DNA from: an uncultured Thiomicrospira sp.
GTDB taxonomy: Bacteria; Pseudomonadota; Gammaproteobacteria; CAKMZV01
NCBI GenBank assembly: GCA_965195345.1
Contig: OZ239628.1
Coordinates: 224,001-288,000, forward strand
Reading direction: 5' to 3'
Length of the DNA stretch: 64,000 nt
Part shown: in pieces, positions 35,795 through 47,131 of the stretch
Layout: every line of letters begins with the position of its first letter
Numbering within the stretch: the first letter of the stretch is position 1
Program-made: the position numbers and the translations under genes
Notes under the pieces: model-generated
What the model was told of the DNA's origin: nothing
Database searches by the model: none
The model's input: the letters and a program-made list of their open reading frames with translations, nothing else

Positions 35795-36982
35795 TTAAGT
35801 GCGGTATTCAGCATTTATTCGGACGTACTCATGACTTAAGTCGCAAGTCCACACGGTTGTTTTAGCCGTTCCTTGACTCAAATCCACTGACAGAACAAAA
35901 GAATCTTTTTGAATGACTTTATCGACTAAAGTTTCGTTGTAATTATTCGGGAGTGCGCCGTTAGTTAGTATGGGAATATTGCCTAAAGCGATATTAACTT
36001 TGCTGAAATCAAGATTGGCAACGCCACAACGACCCAATGCTGCCGCGATCCGACCGATATTCGCATCTTCAGCGAAAAAGGCGGTTTTTACTAAAGGAGA
36101 GTGCGCTATTGTAAAAGCTGCTTTTCTGCAATCTTCTACACTTTGACCGCCATTTACTTGAATTTCTATGAGTTTAGTCGCACCTTCACCGTCTTTAATA
36201 ATCGCTTTAGCGAGTTCTTGAGAAAGCGCACAAAGTGCCTCAAGCCATGGTTGCCAAAATTTGCTGTCAACGCTATCAATGTACACCCCTTTACTGGTGG
36301 TGGTTAACGTGCAGGAGTCGTTTGTTGATGTATCGCCATCAACACTAATGCAGTTGAACGACTGCTCTACGGCTGTCTTCAAAGCTCTATCTGTTAGTTC
36401 TTTTGACAGGCGTACATCGCTGAACATAAATCCGAGCATAGTCGCCATGTTTGGACAAATCATGCCTGACCCTTTTGAAATCCCCGAAAGATGCATTATC
36501 TCACCATCCACTGTAACCGTTTTTGATGCAAACTTTGGTTGTGTGTCGGTTGTCATTATCGCTTCAGCGGCTTGTTTAAGGTTTGCCGATCCTAAAGAAA
36601 GCATGCAGTCGCTAATGCCTTGCTCTAAGTTTTGCCATGCGAGCGCAGAGTTGATAACACCTGTTGAAAAGAGTAAAACTTGTTTTTGTTGACAGCCAGA
36701 AAGCGCAGCAATTTTTGCTGCCGATTGTCGGGCAACCTCTAAGCCTGCTTGCCCTAAACCACAATTGGCATTGCCACTATTGACAAGTAAGTAACGCGTT
36801 CCTTCGTTTGTCGCAAGATGTTCTTTACTGACGATAACCGGCGCTGCTACATAATGATTTTGAGTAAAGACTGCAGCGGTTTGACTGTCAGGAGGCAACG
36901 CTACTAATAAACAGTCTGCTGTGGCATTACTTTTTATACCAGCAGCAGACGTTGCAAGCCTAATTCCGTATAAATCCGACAT
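35795..36982 (-). CDS. argJ: Ornithine acetyltransferase/N-acetylglutamate synthase
   Basis: NSGNAN, IMTTDT, KGSGMICPNMATML, DGDTSTND, DGEGATK, INAEYRT. Confidence 0.97.
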   Translation of the reverse strand: MSDLYGIRLATSAAGIKSNATADCLLVALPPDSQTAAVFTQNHYVAAPVIVSKEHLATNEGTRYLLVNSGNANCGLGQAGLEVARQSAAKIAALSGCQQKQVLLFSTGVINSALAWQNLEQGISDCMLSLGSANLKQAAEAIMTTDTQPKFASKTVTVDGEIMHLSGISKGSGMICPNMATMLGFMFSDVRLSKELTDRALKTAVEQSFNCISVDGDTSTNDSCTLTTTSKGVYIDSVDSKFWQPWLEALCALSQELAKAIIKDGEGATKLIEIQVNGGQSVEDCRKAAFTIAHSPLVKTAFFAEDANIGRIAAALGRCGVANLDFSKVNIALGNIPILTNGALPNNYNETLVDKVIQKDSFVLSVDLSQGTAKTTVWTCDLSHEYVRINAEYRT

Positions 36983-37005
36983 TTTCGAGGATTTTAAGCG
37001 ACCAA

Positions 37006-37608
37006 TTAAACATTAGGGTTTGTTTTCTTATAAATAGCATGATCCTTGACTTTCAGCAGCCATTGCGCTAAATTTGGGTATTTACTGCGCCATAATCCAA
37101 AATCGGCTTCTCTTAGAGGTTCGCTGCGAAGATCAATGTATTCAAGCAACGTAATCAATGAAATTTCAACCAAACTTAACGGCTCAGGGAGTTCAAAAAC
37201 CTGATCAAACCATTCTAATGTACGGTGTATGGAGAGCCAAGATTGATCGTACTTATTAGCATCGGAAGTTTTACGCATGCCTTCCAACATCATGACAATG
37301 CAATAGTCCATGGCGCCATCAATTAACGCAACTTTGTTTAGGTCTTGCCATTTATTGTCGCCTTGAGAGATTAAATTCAAGTGAGAATGGGTGTCAAGCA
37401 AATAACGAATTATTAAGCTACTGTCAATGATGCTGTCTCCATTATCCAAAACCAATGTGGGCACTCTTGACAATGGGTTATGAGCCATAAGCTCTGCGGG
37501 ACGTTCATGCGGATTGAGCACGGTAAATTCATAGGGCTTTTCTGCGAGCTCTAAAACGACTCGAACTTTGCGTACAAAAGGTGATGTAGGACTTCCATAT
37601 AAGCGCAT
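37006..37608 (-). CDS. Glutathione S-transferase family protein
   Basis: SPTSPFVRKVR, NPLSRVPTL, DSSLIIRYL. Confidence 0.88.
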   Translation of the reverse strand: MRLYGSPTSPFVRKVRVVLELAEKPYEFTVLNPHERPAELMAHNPLSRVPTLVLDNGDSIIDSSLIIRYLLDTHSHLNLISQGDNKWQDLNKVALIDGAMDYCIVMMLEGMRKTSDANKYDQSWLSIHRTLEWFDQVFELPEPLSLVEISLITLLEYIDLRSEPLREADFGLWRSKYPNLAQWLLKVKDHAIYKKTNPNV

Positions 37609-37623
37609 AATAAATACTCCAGT

Positions 37624-40080
37624 TTAATGAGATTCTAAGGGTTTAACAACAAAATTAATGAGTCTTTTCGGAACGTAGATGGTTTTTAAGCGATGGTGAT
37701 TGCTTACGTGGCTTTTCACTACGGAATCAGCCAATGCCTCTTCTTCAATTTGTTCTTGAGAAGCATCCACTCCTATTTGCAATTTGGCGCGCAGTTTTCC
37801 GTTTACTTGGACAATCAATTGAAATTGAGAGCGCGATAGAGCCTCTTCATCAATAGCGGGCCAAGGCTGATTCATTATCAGCCCATCACAACCAAAATCT
37901 TGCCATAATTGTTGGGTAATATGTGGAACAATTGGAGAGAGAACCAAAAGACAGGTAATAATTCCTTCATTCAAGGCGGCTTGATCTTCAGGACAGTGGA
38001 CATCAAACTTTCCAAGAACGTTCATCATTTCCATTACCGCAGCGATGGCCGTATTAAAATGATGCCGTTGACCAATATCTCGCGAAGCACGCGATATGGC
38101 AGTATGGATATGATGGCGTAAGTTTTTTTGTTTTTCGCTCCACTTTTCAGGTTTTTCGCTGTCTTTTCCTGTATTTTCGATTGTTATTCGCCATAGTCGA
38201 TTTAAAAAGCGAGAACAGCCTTCAACCCCTGAATCTGACCATTCAAGAGAATGCTCAGGTGGGGCAGCAAACATGGTAAACAAGCGTACGGTATCCGCTC
38301 CGTATTTATCAATAAGCTCTTGTGGATTAACGGTGTTGCCTTTGGATTTAGACATTTTTTCGCCGTTTTTTAAAACCATTCCCTGTGTTAGGAGGTTTTT
38401 AAAGGGTTCATTGCCAGTAAGCAGTCCCTCGTCGCGCATTAGTTTATGAAAGAATCGGGCATAAAGTAGATGCAATATGGCGTGTTCAATGCCACCAACG
38501 TATTGATCAACAGGCAACCATTTATCAAGGGAGCTTTCAAACATGCTGGATGATGTGTCACGACATAGAAAACGAGCGTAATACCAAGAGGATTCAAAAA
38601 ACGTGTCAAAAGTGTCCGTTTCTCGTGAAGCGTCCTTACCGCATTTTGGACAGCTGCATTCTTTAAAAGATGCGATGCTTGATAAGGGCGATCCCGTGTC
38701 TCCAAGTGCTTCAATTTCAGGCAAAATAACAGGAAGGTCTTTTTCTGGAACGGCAACCGCTCCACATTCATCACAGTATATAACGGGGATAGGACAACCC
38801 CAATAGCGTTGTCTGGAAACGCCCCAATCACGCAAACGGTATTGAGAGGTTACTTTGCCAGCATCGTGTTTTGATAAATGGTCTCCAATTGCCGTAAACG
38901 CAGTGTCAAAATCCATGCCGTCAAAAGCACCACTGTTGCATAAAATGCCGTGATCAGTATAAGCATCTTCTTCGATATTAACGTTCTCTGAAGAACAAGG
39001 TTGGATAACTTGAACAATGGGCAAGTTGTATTTTTTAGCGAATGCATGATCACGCACGTCATGCGCGGGAACAGACATAACCGCTCCTGTTCCATAACCC
39101 ATCAAGACAAAGTTTGCAATCCAGATGGGCAGCTTTTCATTTGAAATGGGGTGAGTGGCATAGATGCCAGAAAAAATTCCTTCCTTCTCGAGCGTTTCAA
39201 TGCTCGATTGACTAACACCGGTATGCTTGCATTTAGCGATAAAATCTAAAATAGCAGGATCTTTAATATCGGCGAGTAAAGGGTGTTCAGCAGCGATTGC
39301 CATGTACGTTGCACCCATAAGAGTATCAGGGCGTGTTGAATAGACACGTAAGGATGCTTGTTGATCCGCTAACTTGAACTCGATTTCCATTCCTTCAGAG
39401 TAGCCAATCCAGTTGCGCTGCATATTGATTACTGAAGCAGGCCAACCTTCGAAATCATCAAGAGAATCCAGTAATTCTGGAGCATAATCAGTAATTTTCA
39501 AAAACCATTGCGGAATCTCACGCCGTTCCACCAACGCGCCTGAGCGCCACCCACGCCCATCAATAACCTGCTCATTAGCAAGCACCGTTTGATCGATGGG
39601 GTCCCAGTTGACAACGCTATTTTTGCGATACGCAATACCCTTTTCTAACAAACGAGTGAAAAACCACTGTTCCCAACGATAGTAATCGGGATGGCAAGTA
39701 GCAATTTCGTGATTCCAATCGTATGCCAAACCTAATCGCTGGAATTGCTGGCGCATGTAACGAATATTATCGTAAGTCCACTTTGCGGGGGGAACCTTAT
39801 TCTTTATAGCTGCATTTTCAGCGGGTAGCCCAAAGGCATCCCAACCCATAGGTTGAAATACTTTTTTCCCAAGCATTCGTTGATAACGTGAGATGACATC
39901 GCCAATGGTGTAATTACGGACATGCCCCATGTGCAACTGCCCTGATGGGTAGGGAAACATGGAAAGGCAATAGTATGTGTCGTCAGGATGTGCCGTAGTA
40001 ACATCCGTTACAAAAGCATTTTCTTTATCCCAGCGCGCTTGAGTATCTTGTTCAACTAAACAAGGATTGTATGTTTTCAT
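37624..40080 (-). CDS. leuS: Leucine--tRNA ligase
   Basis: [19 protein letters not shown] editing domain, GGIEHA, KMSKS. Confidence 0.98.
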   Translation of the reverse strand: MKTYNPCLVEQDTQARWDKENAFVTDVTTAHPDDTYYCLSMFPYPSGQLHMGHVRNYTIGDVISRYQRMLGKKVFQPMGWDAFGLPAENAAIKNKVPPAKWTYDNIRYMRQQFQRLGLAYDWNHEIATCHPDYYRWEQWFFTRLLEKGIAYRKNSVVNWDPIDQTVLANEQVIDGRGWRSGALVERREIPQWFLKITDYAPELLDSLDDFEGWPASVINMQRNWIGYSEGMEIEFKLADQQASLRVYSTRPDTLMGATYMAIAAEHPLLADIKDPAILDFIAKCKHTGVSQSSIETLEKEGIFSGIYATHPISNEKLPIWIANFVLMGYGTGAVMSVPAHDVRDHAFAKKYNLPIVQVIQPCSSENVNIEEDAYTDHGILCNSGAFDGMDFDTAFTAIGDHLSKHDAGKVTSQYRLRDWGVSRQRYWGCPIPVIYCDECGAVAVPEKDLPVILPEIEALGDTGSPLSSIASFKECSCPKCGKDASRETDTFDTFFESSWYYARFLCRDTSSSMFESSLDKWLPVDQYVGGIEHAILHLLYARFFHKLMRDEGLLTGNEPFKNLLTQGMVLKNGEKMSKSKGNTVNPQELIDKYGADTVRLFTMFAAPPEHSLEWSDSGVEGCSRFLNRLWRITIENTGKDSEKPEKWSEKQKNLRHHIHTAISRASRDIGQRHHFNTAIAAVMEMMNVLGKFDVHCPEDQAALNEGIITCLLVLSPIVPHITQQLWQDFGCDGLIMNQPWPAIDEEALSRSQFQLIVQVNGKLRAKLQIGVDASQEQIEEEALADSVVKSHVSNHHRLKTIYVPKRLINFVVKPLESH

Positions 40081-40098
40081 TAAATAAAATTTGGAACG

Positions 40099-41013
40099 CT
40101 ATCCATTAACTTTTTCAAGCGATAGCAAGTCATTAACCGATAAACAGGCAAGTTGCTTGTCAATACGCCGAACAAGCGTACTTAAAACATTTCCAGGCCC
40201 ACATTCATAGGACTGTCGTACTCCTTTATTCACGATGAGTTGAATGTTTTCTACCCAACGTACAGGCAAGTAAAGTTGTTCACACAGCGCTTCAATAATT
40301 TCGCTTGGAGACTGTAACGCCACCGCTTGTGCATTGGAGACCACAGGTGTGTGCACTGCGTTAATATCCATAGAGGATAAGTATTGGTTCAATTCGTCTG
40401 CTGCCTCGCGCATTAATAGGCAATGCGATGGAACACTAACAGCCAGCGGAACCACACGCTTTGCCCCTCGGGCAATAATTTTTTCGCAGGCATTGCTCAC
40501 CGCATCAGCAGAGCCAGCAATAACTGTTTGCCCAATGGAATTAAAATTTGCAGGGGAAACGATTCCTTGCGTTTGTTCGCAAACTTCGGCGATTATGTCG
40601 TTATCAAGACCGATAATTGCCGCCATGGAGCCTGTACCAGACGGTACAGCATTTTGCATCAATTTGCCACGTGTCTGTACTAATCGTAATGCGTCTGAAA
40701 AAGTGAACGCTTGTGCCGCCGTAAGAGCGGTGTACTCACCCAAAGAATGCCCCGCAAAAATATCGGCAGTGATGCCTTTCTCACTTTGTAGAATATGCCA
40801 AACTGCAATGCTTGCAGTGAGCAAAATGGGTTGCGTGTTCGCTGTTAAATTCAATGAGCTTTCATCTTCTTGGCTCATTTTCCACACATCAAAACCGAGA
40901 GTGTCTGATGCTTCTACATAAAGAGCTTTGACAGAAGGGAAATGTTGATGCAACTCTTTTAGCATTCCAATGCTTTGCGAGCCTTGGCCTGGAAATAATA
41001 TGGCTGTCTTCAT
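40099..41013 (-). CDS. fabD: Malonyl-CoA:ACP transacylase
   Basis: FPGQGSQ, GHSLGE, VSVPSH. Confidence 0.97.
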   Translation of the reverse strand: MKTAILFPGQGSQSIGMLKELHQHFPSVKALYVEASDTLGFDVWKMSQEDESSLNLTANTQPILLTASIAVWHILQSEKGITADIFAGHSLGEYTALTAAQAFTFSDALRLVQTRGKLMQNAVPSGTGSMAAIIGLDNDIIAEVCEQTQGIVSPANFNSIGQTVIAGSADAVSNACEKIIARGAKRVVPLAVSVPSHCLLMREAADELNQYLSSMDINAVHTPVVSNAQAVALQSPSEIIEALCEQLYLPVRWVENIQLIVNKGVRQSYECGPGNVLSTLVRRIDKQLACLSVNDLLSLEKVNG

Positions 41014-41057
41014 TGTTCTAATTAATATTGAAGTAATAATTTTATAAAATCAAGTTT

Positions 41058-42020
41058 TCACATACGAACTAAAGCGGATCCCCAAGTAAAGCCTCCTCCA
41101 AAAGCTTCCATCAGCACCACTTCACCTTCTTTAATTCGCCCGTCGCTTACTGCCTCATTCAAAGCAAGCGGAATCGATGCAGCAGAAGTGTTTGCGTGTT
41201 TATTGACCGTAACAACGACACTATCCATTGAAATGCCGAGTTTTTTGGCAAGCGCCTTGATGATTCGTAAGTTTGCTTGGTGCGGAACCATCCAGACGAT
41301 ATCGCTCCTCTCCATGTTGCCTTTCTGTAAGGTGGTATCGAGCAATGCGCTCATTTTTTCGACCGCTTCACGAAATACCTCTTTGCCCTTCATGTGGACA
41401 AATGCAGGCTCTTGGTCAGGGTAGATGCTACGATTACCGGGGACATGCAACAACTCTTCATGCTTACCATCAGCGTGTAACTGCGTTGCTAAGATGCCTG
41501 CAACATTGTTTTTTTGCAGAACGACAGCACCCGAGCCGTCACCAAAGAGGACACAAGTGGAGCGATCGTTCCAATCTAAAATGCGAGAAAAAGCTTCAGC
41601 CCCAATAACCAGTGCATTTTTTACTTCTCCCGTGCGAATAAATTGATCGGCAACGCTCAAAGCATAGATAAAGCCACAACACACCGCTTGCACATCAAAA
41701 GCCGCGCAACCATTTGCTCCGAGGCGATGTTGTAAGGTGGAGGCAACTGAGGGAAAAACTTTATCAGGTGTGGTCGTTGCAATAACAATTAAATCCAATT
41801 CAGAATGGGCGATGCCAGCTCGCATGAGTGCTTGACGTGCAGCATTTTCAGCCAAATCTGTAGTGCTTTCATTGTCTGCTACAACATGTCGTTGGGCGAT
41901 GCCAGTCCTTGCTTTAATCCACTCATCAGTTGTATCGATACGCTGAGATAGCTCATCATTCGTGACAATACGACTTGGTAAATAAGATCCAGTACCGATA
42001 ATTTTTGAAAAATTAGCCAT
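41058..42020 (-). CDS. fabH: Beta-ketoacyl-ACP synthase III
   Basis: AVCCGF, LFGDG, PHQAN, ANTSAAS, FGGGFTWG. Confidence 0.96.
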   Translation of the reverse strand: MANFSKIIGTGSYLPSRIVTNDELSQRIDTTDEWIKARTGIAQRHVVADNESTTDLAENAARQALMRAGIAHSELDLIVIATTTPDKVFPSVASTLQHRLGANGCAAFDVQAVCCGFIYALSVADQFIRTGEVKNALVIGAEAFSRILDWNDRSTCVLFGDGSGAVVLQKNNVAGILATQLHADGKHEELLHVPGNRSIYPDQEPAFVHMKGKEVFREAVEKMSALLDTTLQKGNMERSDIVWMVPHQANLRIIKALAKKLGISMDSVVVTVNKHANTSAASIPLALNEAVSDGRIKEGEVVLMEAFGGGFTWGSALVRM

Positions 42021-42022
42021 TT

Positions 42023-43036
42023 TTAGCACGTCGCCTGAGGAATAACGTGAGACATTCTATCAATAATGTTATTACGCACTTGATCGTAAGCAACCTCAAT
42101 GGCGTGCAAAAATCCCTCTTGATTGGCAGATCCGTGGCTTTTAACGACCACGCCTCGTAACCCAAGTAGGCTTGCACCGTTGTATTTACTCGGTGAAAGT
42201 TTATACGACAGCGGTTTAAGTACGCTTTTGTATGTGATCAACCCTAAGAAACGCGTCCATAAATTCTTATTGAATTCAATTTTCATGTCGTTTTTTATCA
42301 TCCGCGAGACGGATTCGCTTGCTTTCAATGCTATGTTCCCTTCAAAGCCATTCATTACAATCACATTACACTCGCCTTGAAAAAAAGCATCGCCTTCAAC
42401 ATAACCCATGTAATTTAGATCTGTTTTGAGTAAGGCGTCGTGCGCCTCCTTTACTTTGAGAGCCCCTTTCATCTCCTCAGAACCAACGTTCATCAATCCC
42501 ACTTTTGGTCTATCAACATTGTGCAACACCTCAACCAATGCAGAACCCATTAGTGCAAACTGCATCAACATTTTAGGGCTTGCTTCTAAGTTAGCTCCAA
42601 GGTCTAATGCGTATCGAGGGTAATCTATGGGGGGCATTTGTGAACATATCGCAGGACGATCAACGCCTTCTATGGTTTTAAGCACGTATTTGGCTATAGC
42701 AACCAATGCCCCTGTGTTGCCAGCACTGACACAGGCATCGGTGGATTCATTTTTAACCGAGTCGATTGCTAAGCGCATGGAAGATTGTTTTTTATTTCTC
42801 AAGGCGCTTAATGGAAGCTCATCCATGCTGATTGTCTCAGAGGATGGAACGATCTCAAAGCGATCGGCCAAACCAGAAAATTCCGCCAGAGACGAGAAGC
42901 GTGTTATAGCTGCGTCCTCTCCGAAAAAAAATATTTTTAAGTCAAGGTTTCTTTCCAATGCTTTCATAGAAGCAGGAACCGTCACCTCAGCACCGTAGTC
43001 GCCCCCCATCACGTCTACGGCTAAGCAAATGGTCAT
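42023..43036 (-). CDS. plsX: Phosphate acyltransferase
   Basis: VDVMGGD, SAGNTGA, DLGAN, KSHGS. Confidence 0.96.
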   Translation of the reverse strand: MTICLAVDVMGGDYGAEVTVPASMKALERNLDLKIFFFGEDAAITRFSSLAEFSGLADRFEIVPSSETISMDELPLSALRNKKQSSMRLAIDSVKNESTDACVSAGNTGALVAIAKYVLKTIEGVDRPAICSQMPPIDYPRYALDLGANLEASPKMLMQFALMGSALVEVLHNVDRPKVGLMNVGSEEMKGALKVKEAHDALLKTDLNYMGYVEGDAFFQGECNVIVMNGFEGNIALKASESVSRMIKNDMKIEFNKNLWTRFLGLITYKSVLKPLSYKLSPSKYNGASLLGLRGVVVKSHGSANQEGFLHAIEVAYDQVRNNIIDRMSHVIPQATC

Positions 43037-43234
43037 TTATTCTTGGACGTCTTCAATTACTTCGGGTTTTTTGATCACTTGTACGCCACGGTAGTAACCA
43101 TCCGCTGTCATATGATGACGCAAGTGTGTCTCTCCAGAAGTTGGGTCAATGCTCAAGGTTTTTGCTTTTAAAGCATCATGAGAGCGTCTTTGGTCGCGCT
43201 TAGAACGCGTTTTACGATTTTTTTGAACAGCCAT
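43037..43234 (-). CDS. rpmF: 50S ribosomal protein L32
   Basis: [19 protein letters not shown]...HLRHH...GYYRG. Confidence 0.97.
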   Translation of the reverse strand: MAVQKNRKTRSKRDQRRSHDALKAKTLSIDPTSGETHLRHHMTADGYYRGVQVIKKPEVIEDVQE

Positions 43235-43252
43235 TGTTAATCTCCTTTCTCT

Positions 43253-43762
43253 TCAATTTTTTAACTTCAATTTTTCCAACACGCTAAACGGGTTAATAGC
43301 CATCGGTTCTTGCCCAAAAGAAATTACTCCTAATTTACATTTTTCATCGTTGCATTCAGCAACAATAGGCAATGCTAATATTAATTCGTCTTCGAACACG
43401 TGTCCGAGACTTTCAATTTCATCAATCAACAAGACTTCCGTATAACGCCCTACTATCAACGCTTCATCGCTATCGTGGCTGATTAAACCAAGCGCACTAT
43501 CAGCACTCAACGCTTTAATGAAAGTATTATTACATCGCTCGCAGCGTAATTCAACACTCGTTTGCCATGATAATTCCCAAAGAAAAGCGCAATCAACGCC
43601 TTCTATTGGCTTTATTGTCCAATGTACCGAAACATCTGAGATTATCTTTTCCGTAGCTTCATTGAAGCGTTTGAGCGTACATGCATCAAAACGGCCTTCA
43701 AAAGTTCCGATAAGCTGAGCAATTGAAGCCCTTGGCTGAGTATCCCATATCAAGTCTTGCAT
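43253..43762 (-). CDS. yceD: YceD/DUF177 family protein
   Basis: CERC, EDELILALP, NPFSVL; immediately upstream of rpmF; start uncertain. Confidence 0.85.
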   Translation of the reverse strand: MQDLIWDTQPRASIAQLIGTFEGRFDACTLKRFNEATEKIISDVSVHWTIKPIEGVDCAFLWELSWQTSVELRCERCNNTFIKALSADSALGLISHDSDEALIVGRYTEVLLIDEIESLGHVFEDELILALPIVAECNDEKCKLGVISFGQEPMAINPFSVLEKLKLKN

Positions 43763-43943
43763 TGCGCGCGGATTATAACGGATTGAAAGCACCTAAAACC
43801 GATAATCTTCCTAAAAACAAACAAATACGACTTCTGCACAGCGTTGTATTTCTCACAGTTTTATGCAATATGTTCACGCCCTGAAGCGAAGGATTAGGGG
43901 CTTTATTGACCGCAGTCTTTAATCATTTAAAAGGTCTATCGTC

Positions 43944-44039
43944 ATGAAAAAACTGCCCCGCTATGGCACAATTGCCATCAATTTCAATGCCAAATCCAAC
44001 ATGCATAGCCGTCTCAAAGGCTGGAATGGCGTTTCCTAA
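43944..44039 (+). CDS. Candidate 31-aa small protein
   Basis: ATG-TAA ORF MKKLPRYGTIAINFNAKSNMHSRLKGWNGVS preceded by AAAGGT. Confidence 0.25.
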   Translation: MKKLPRYGTIAINFNAKSNMHSRLKGWNGVS

Positions 44040-44131
44040 GATTATGGGCATCGTACATAAAAGGAGACGATTTTAGCCAATCAGTGTTCATTACGCGCTA
44101 CTGTATAAATACATTATGATATATTCGAATA

Positions 44132-44950
44132 ATGTTTTTTCCCCAAAACTATTTTGCAACGAATACGCCAATAATTGAAAAGCTGATTGATGATTTATTG
44201 ATGCGATTAGAGGACAGAACGTCAATTATCGTTGGCTTGAGTGCTCCTCAAGGAAGTGGAAAAACCACTTTGTCATTTGCATTAAAGCAGCGACTCGAAG
44301 CAAAGGGAAAGTCATGTCAAATTATAGGCATCGATGATTTTTATCTAACACGAGTTGAACGGCAAGAAAAAATGCAAATACACCCATTGCTTCAAACCCG
44401 CGGTGTGCCGGGTACGCATGATCACATTTGGCTTTTACGAACCCTGCAACAATTAAAAAATAATCAACAAACAAGCATGCCACGCTTTGATAAGCTCGTC
44501 GATGATCGTACGGGAGAGTGCAGTATCGCCCCAGCATCCGTTGTAATATTTGAAGGGTGGTGCGTAGGGTGCAGAGTGGTTGCAACAAATTTACCTCAGA
44601 GCGACTTTGAAAAACAATACGACCCGCACGGGGACTGGTTCAAATATGTCAACGAGCAGATAGAACTTTATCAATCAACTTTTGATCTCATTGATTATCA
44701 AATTTATCTATCTATCCCAAGTTTTAGTTACGTGTTTCAATGGCGCAAGAAGCAACAAGAAAATGACATGAAAAGGATGACGGCTTCAGCACGCAAAAAC
44801 GCCGTTATGATGAATGCTCAGCAGCTGCAACATTTTATTGCGCACTATGCGCCGATAACCAAGCAAATGATGCGGGATTTACCTTTAATTGCCGATGCCA
44901 CGATTTATATTAACGAACAGCAGAAAATGGAATCTATAGCTTTGCGATAA
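44132..44950 (+). CDS. P-loop kinase, GLYK-type D-glycerate 3-kinase-like
   Basis: SAPQGSGKTT, IDDFYL, RGVPGTHD, PRFDKLVDDR, EGWCVG. Confidence 0.78.
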   Translation: MFFPQNYFATNTPIIEKLIDDLLMRLEDRTSIIVGLSAPQGSGKTTLSFALKQRLEAKGKSCQIIGIDDFYLTRVERQEKMQIHPLLQTRGVPGTHDHIWLLRTLQQLKNNQQTSMPRFDKLVDDRTGECSIAPASVVIFEGWCVGCRVVATNLPQSDFEKQYDPHGDWFKYVNEQIELYQSTFDLIDYQIYLSIPSFSYVFQWRKKQQENDMKRMTASARKNAVMMNAQQLQHFIAHYAPITKQMMRDLPLIADATIYINEQQKMESIALR

Positions 44951-45268
44951 CGGTAGCCGAATATGTCGCCGTTGCTTTCCCGTTTAAAGGGCTATTGACA
45001 AAACTAAAAAAGAAGACAAAGCAAGATTGGGAACAATAAAATGGCAGTGCTTATGCGTTGAAATGTCATCATAAAAGCAACTACTTTGGCTAATGGTTTT
45101 GATTATTCTTTGTGGGAATGCCCTGAAAGCAATAAATGTTCATTTTGCAGTTATTTTGATGGTAAATGCGCCTAAAAAACAATAAAATTAGGTTTTATAT
45201 GAAATATTGTTAAGTTGCTTTTAATGAAAATTACTCTGTTAGGCTGCAGCCATCCAATTTAACGAACT

Positions 45269-46717
45269 ATGCTTGATAAACTTGAAAACACCTACCTAAA
45301 ATTGCCTTCTGAATTCTATTCATCGATGCAAGCACAGCCTGTGCAAGCTCCGAAATGGATTGATCTCAATACTGAATTGGCAATTGATTTGGGTTTGGAT
45401 GCCAAATGGTTGAAGTCAGATGAAGGGCTGAATACGCTTAGTGGGAATGAATTTCCTCAACAAATTAAACCGCTGTCGATGGTATATGCTGGTCATCAAT
45501 TTGGCAATTGGGTCCCGCAATTGGGCGATGGACGCGCCATGTTGTTAGGAGAAGTTGTTGATGGGACGGGCAGGCGATTCGACATTCAGCTCAAAGGCAG
45601 CGGGCGCACGCCTTATTCGCGAGGAGGCGATGGCAGAGCAGGCTTAGGACCTGTTCTTTTAGAGTATTTGATGAGCGAAGCGATGCATGCGCTTGGAATA
45701 TCGACAACGCGCGCTCTTGCTGCTGTGCTTACGGGAGACATGATTCGTAGGCAAACACCTCAACAGGGAGCGGTGCTTACCAGAATAGCACGGGCGCATA
45801 TTCGTGTTGGCACTTTCGAATATTTTTCGGAGCAAAATGCGCTTGATGCCATTCAAGATTTGGTTGAATACGCTTTGCAACGGTTGTATCCTGAAAATAT
45901 GGATAGTGAAAATTCGGCGATAAGTTTATTTAGTATGGTGATGCGTCAACAGGCAAAATTGATTGCCAGCTGGCAGGCAATTGGCTTTATTCACGGGGTA
46001 ATGAATACTGACAACTGTGCGATATCAGGTGAAACGATAGATTACGGACCGTGTGCTTTTATGGATACTTACGAGGCAAAAAAAGTGTTTAGCTCAATTG
46101 ACAGTCATGGGCGATACGCCTATTGCAATCAACCAGCTATTGGACATTGGAATTTAGCACAGTTGGCGTATGCGTTACTTCCTGCTATTGATGATGATAA
46201 AGATAAAGCGATTGAAAAAATCAAACCGATTATTGAAACCTATCCAACAATCTTTCAACAAGAATGGTTACAAGGTATGCGCAATAAACTTGGGTTATAC
46301 GATGCGCTTGAAGGCGATCTGAATTTAGCAAAAGATTTATTTATTGCTATGGAGGAAGATAGTGCAGACTTTACGTGTCTGTTTCAGCAGTTGATTCGAG
46401 CACACGAAGAAAGCACTGCATTGCCAGAAATGCCAGCAGTTAATCATTGGTTGAGTGCGTGGCGAGTGCGATTGGATGCGGATTCTGCACTCAAAAAACA
46501 TCAGGTACAGCGGATGCGCACCCATAATCCTGTTTACATTCCGCGCAACCATCAAATCGACAAGGCAATAAAAGACGCCAACCAAGGGGATTATAGGCAC
46601 TTTGAATTGTTGAAAAAAGTGTTTGCTGAACCGTATAAAGAACGAAACGAGTACGCAGAATTTTCCACGCCCCCAACACCGGATCAAATAGTCCATCGGA
46701 CATTCTGCGGAACGTAA
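45269..46717 (+). CDS. selO: Protein adenylyltransferase SelO/YdiU
   Basis: YAGHQFG..PQLGDGRA, KGSGRTPYSRGGDGR, HGVMNTDN, DYGP, C-terminal TFCGT. Confidence 0.95.
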   Translation: MLDKLENTYLKLPSEFYSSMQAQPVQAPKWIDLNTELAIDLGLDAKWLKSDEGLNTLSGNEFPQQIKPLSMVYAGHQFGNWVPQLGDGRAMLLGEVVDGTGRRFDIQLKGSGRTPYSRGGDGRAGLGPVLLEYLMSEAMHALGISTTRALAAVLTGDMIRRQTPQQGAVLTRIARAHIRVGTFEYFSEQNALDAIQDLVEYALQRLYPENMDSENSAISLFSMVMRQQAKLIASWQAIGFIHGVMNTDNCAISGETIDYGPCAFMDTYEAKKVFSSIDSHGRYAYCNQPAIGHWNLAQLAYALLPAIDDDKDKAIEKIKPIIETYPTIFQQEWLQGMRNKLGLYDALEGDLNLAKDLFIAMEEDSADFTCLFQQLIRAHEESTALPEMPAVNHWLSAWRVRLDADSALKKHQVQRMRTHNPVYIPRNHQIDKAIKDANQGDYRHFELLKKVFAEPYKERNEYAEFSTPPTPDQIVHRTFCGT

Positions 46718-46820
46718 GGTCGCGGCAAAGATGAGAAATAATACAGTTTAGATTATCCTAAAGACGAATAAAATCAGGTTAAAGAACATATAATTTGCTT
46801 TGTCTTTTACAAACAACATA

Positions 46821-46907
46821 GCCAGAGTGGTGGAATTGGTAGACACGCGGGATTCAAAATCCCGTGCTCGCAAGGGCGTGTGGGTTCGAGTCCCACCTCT
46901 GGTACCA
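46821..46907 (+). tRNA. tRNA-Leu(CAA)
   Basis: cggga-TT-CAA-AA-tcccg anticodon arm, long variable arm, encoded CCA. Confidence 0.96.
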
Positions 46908-47131
46908 TATGTCGCAGTCAACCGTTCAATATTTAAAGGATCTATTAGCACCGTTTTTAATTGCGGTAGGCGTCACGGAGTTGGTGGCTTTGCCGTGTGT
47001 TTTAACACGGGGTTTATAGTATAATTATCCTCCTATCATATAACGTTATATTAGAGTCGCAAAGGCATTCGATTGAGGTCAATCGGATTAAAAACGGCGA
47101 TATAGTTTAAAACGATAAATATATCTAAAAA

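Noticed and set aside
44099-44116. TACTGTATAAATACATTA as a LexA box
   Set aside because: Spacing is 6 rather than 8 and the right arm is ACAT, so it does not fit CTGT-N8-ACAG
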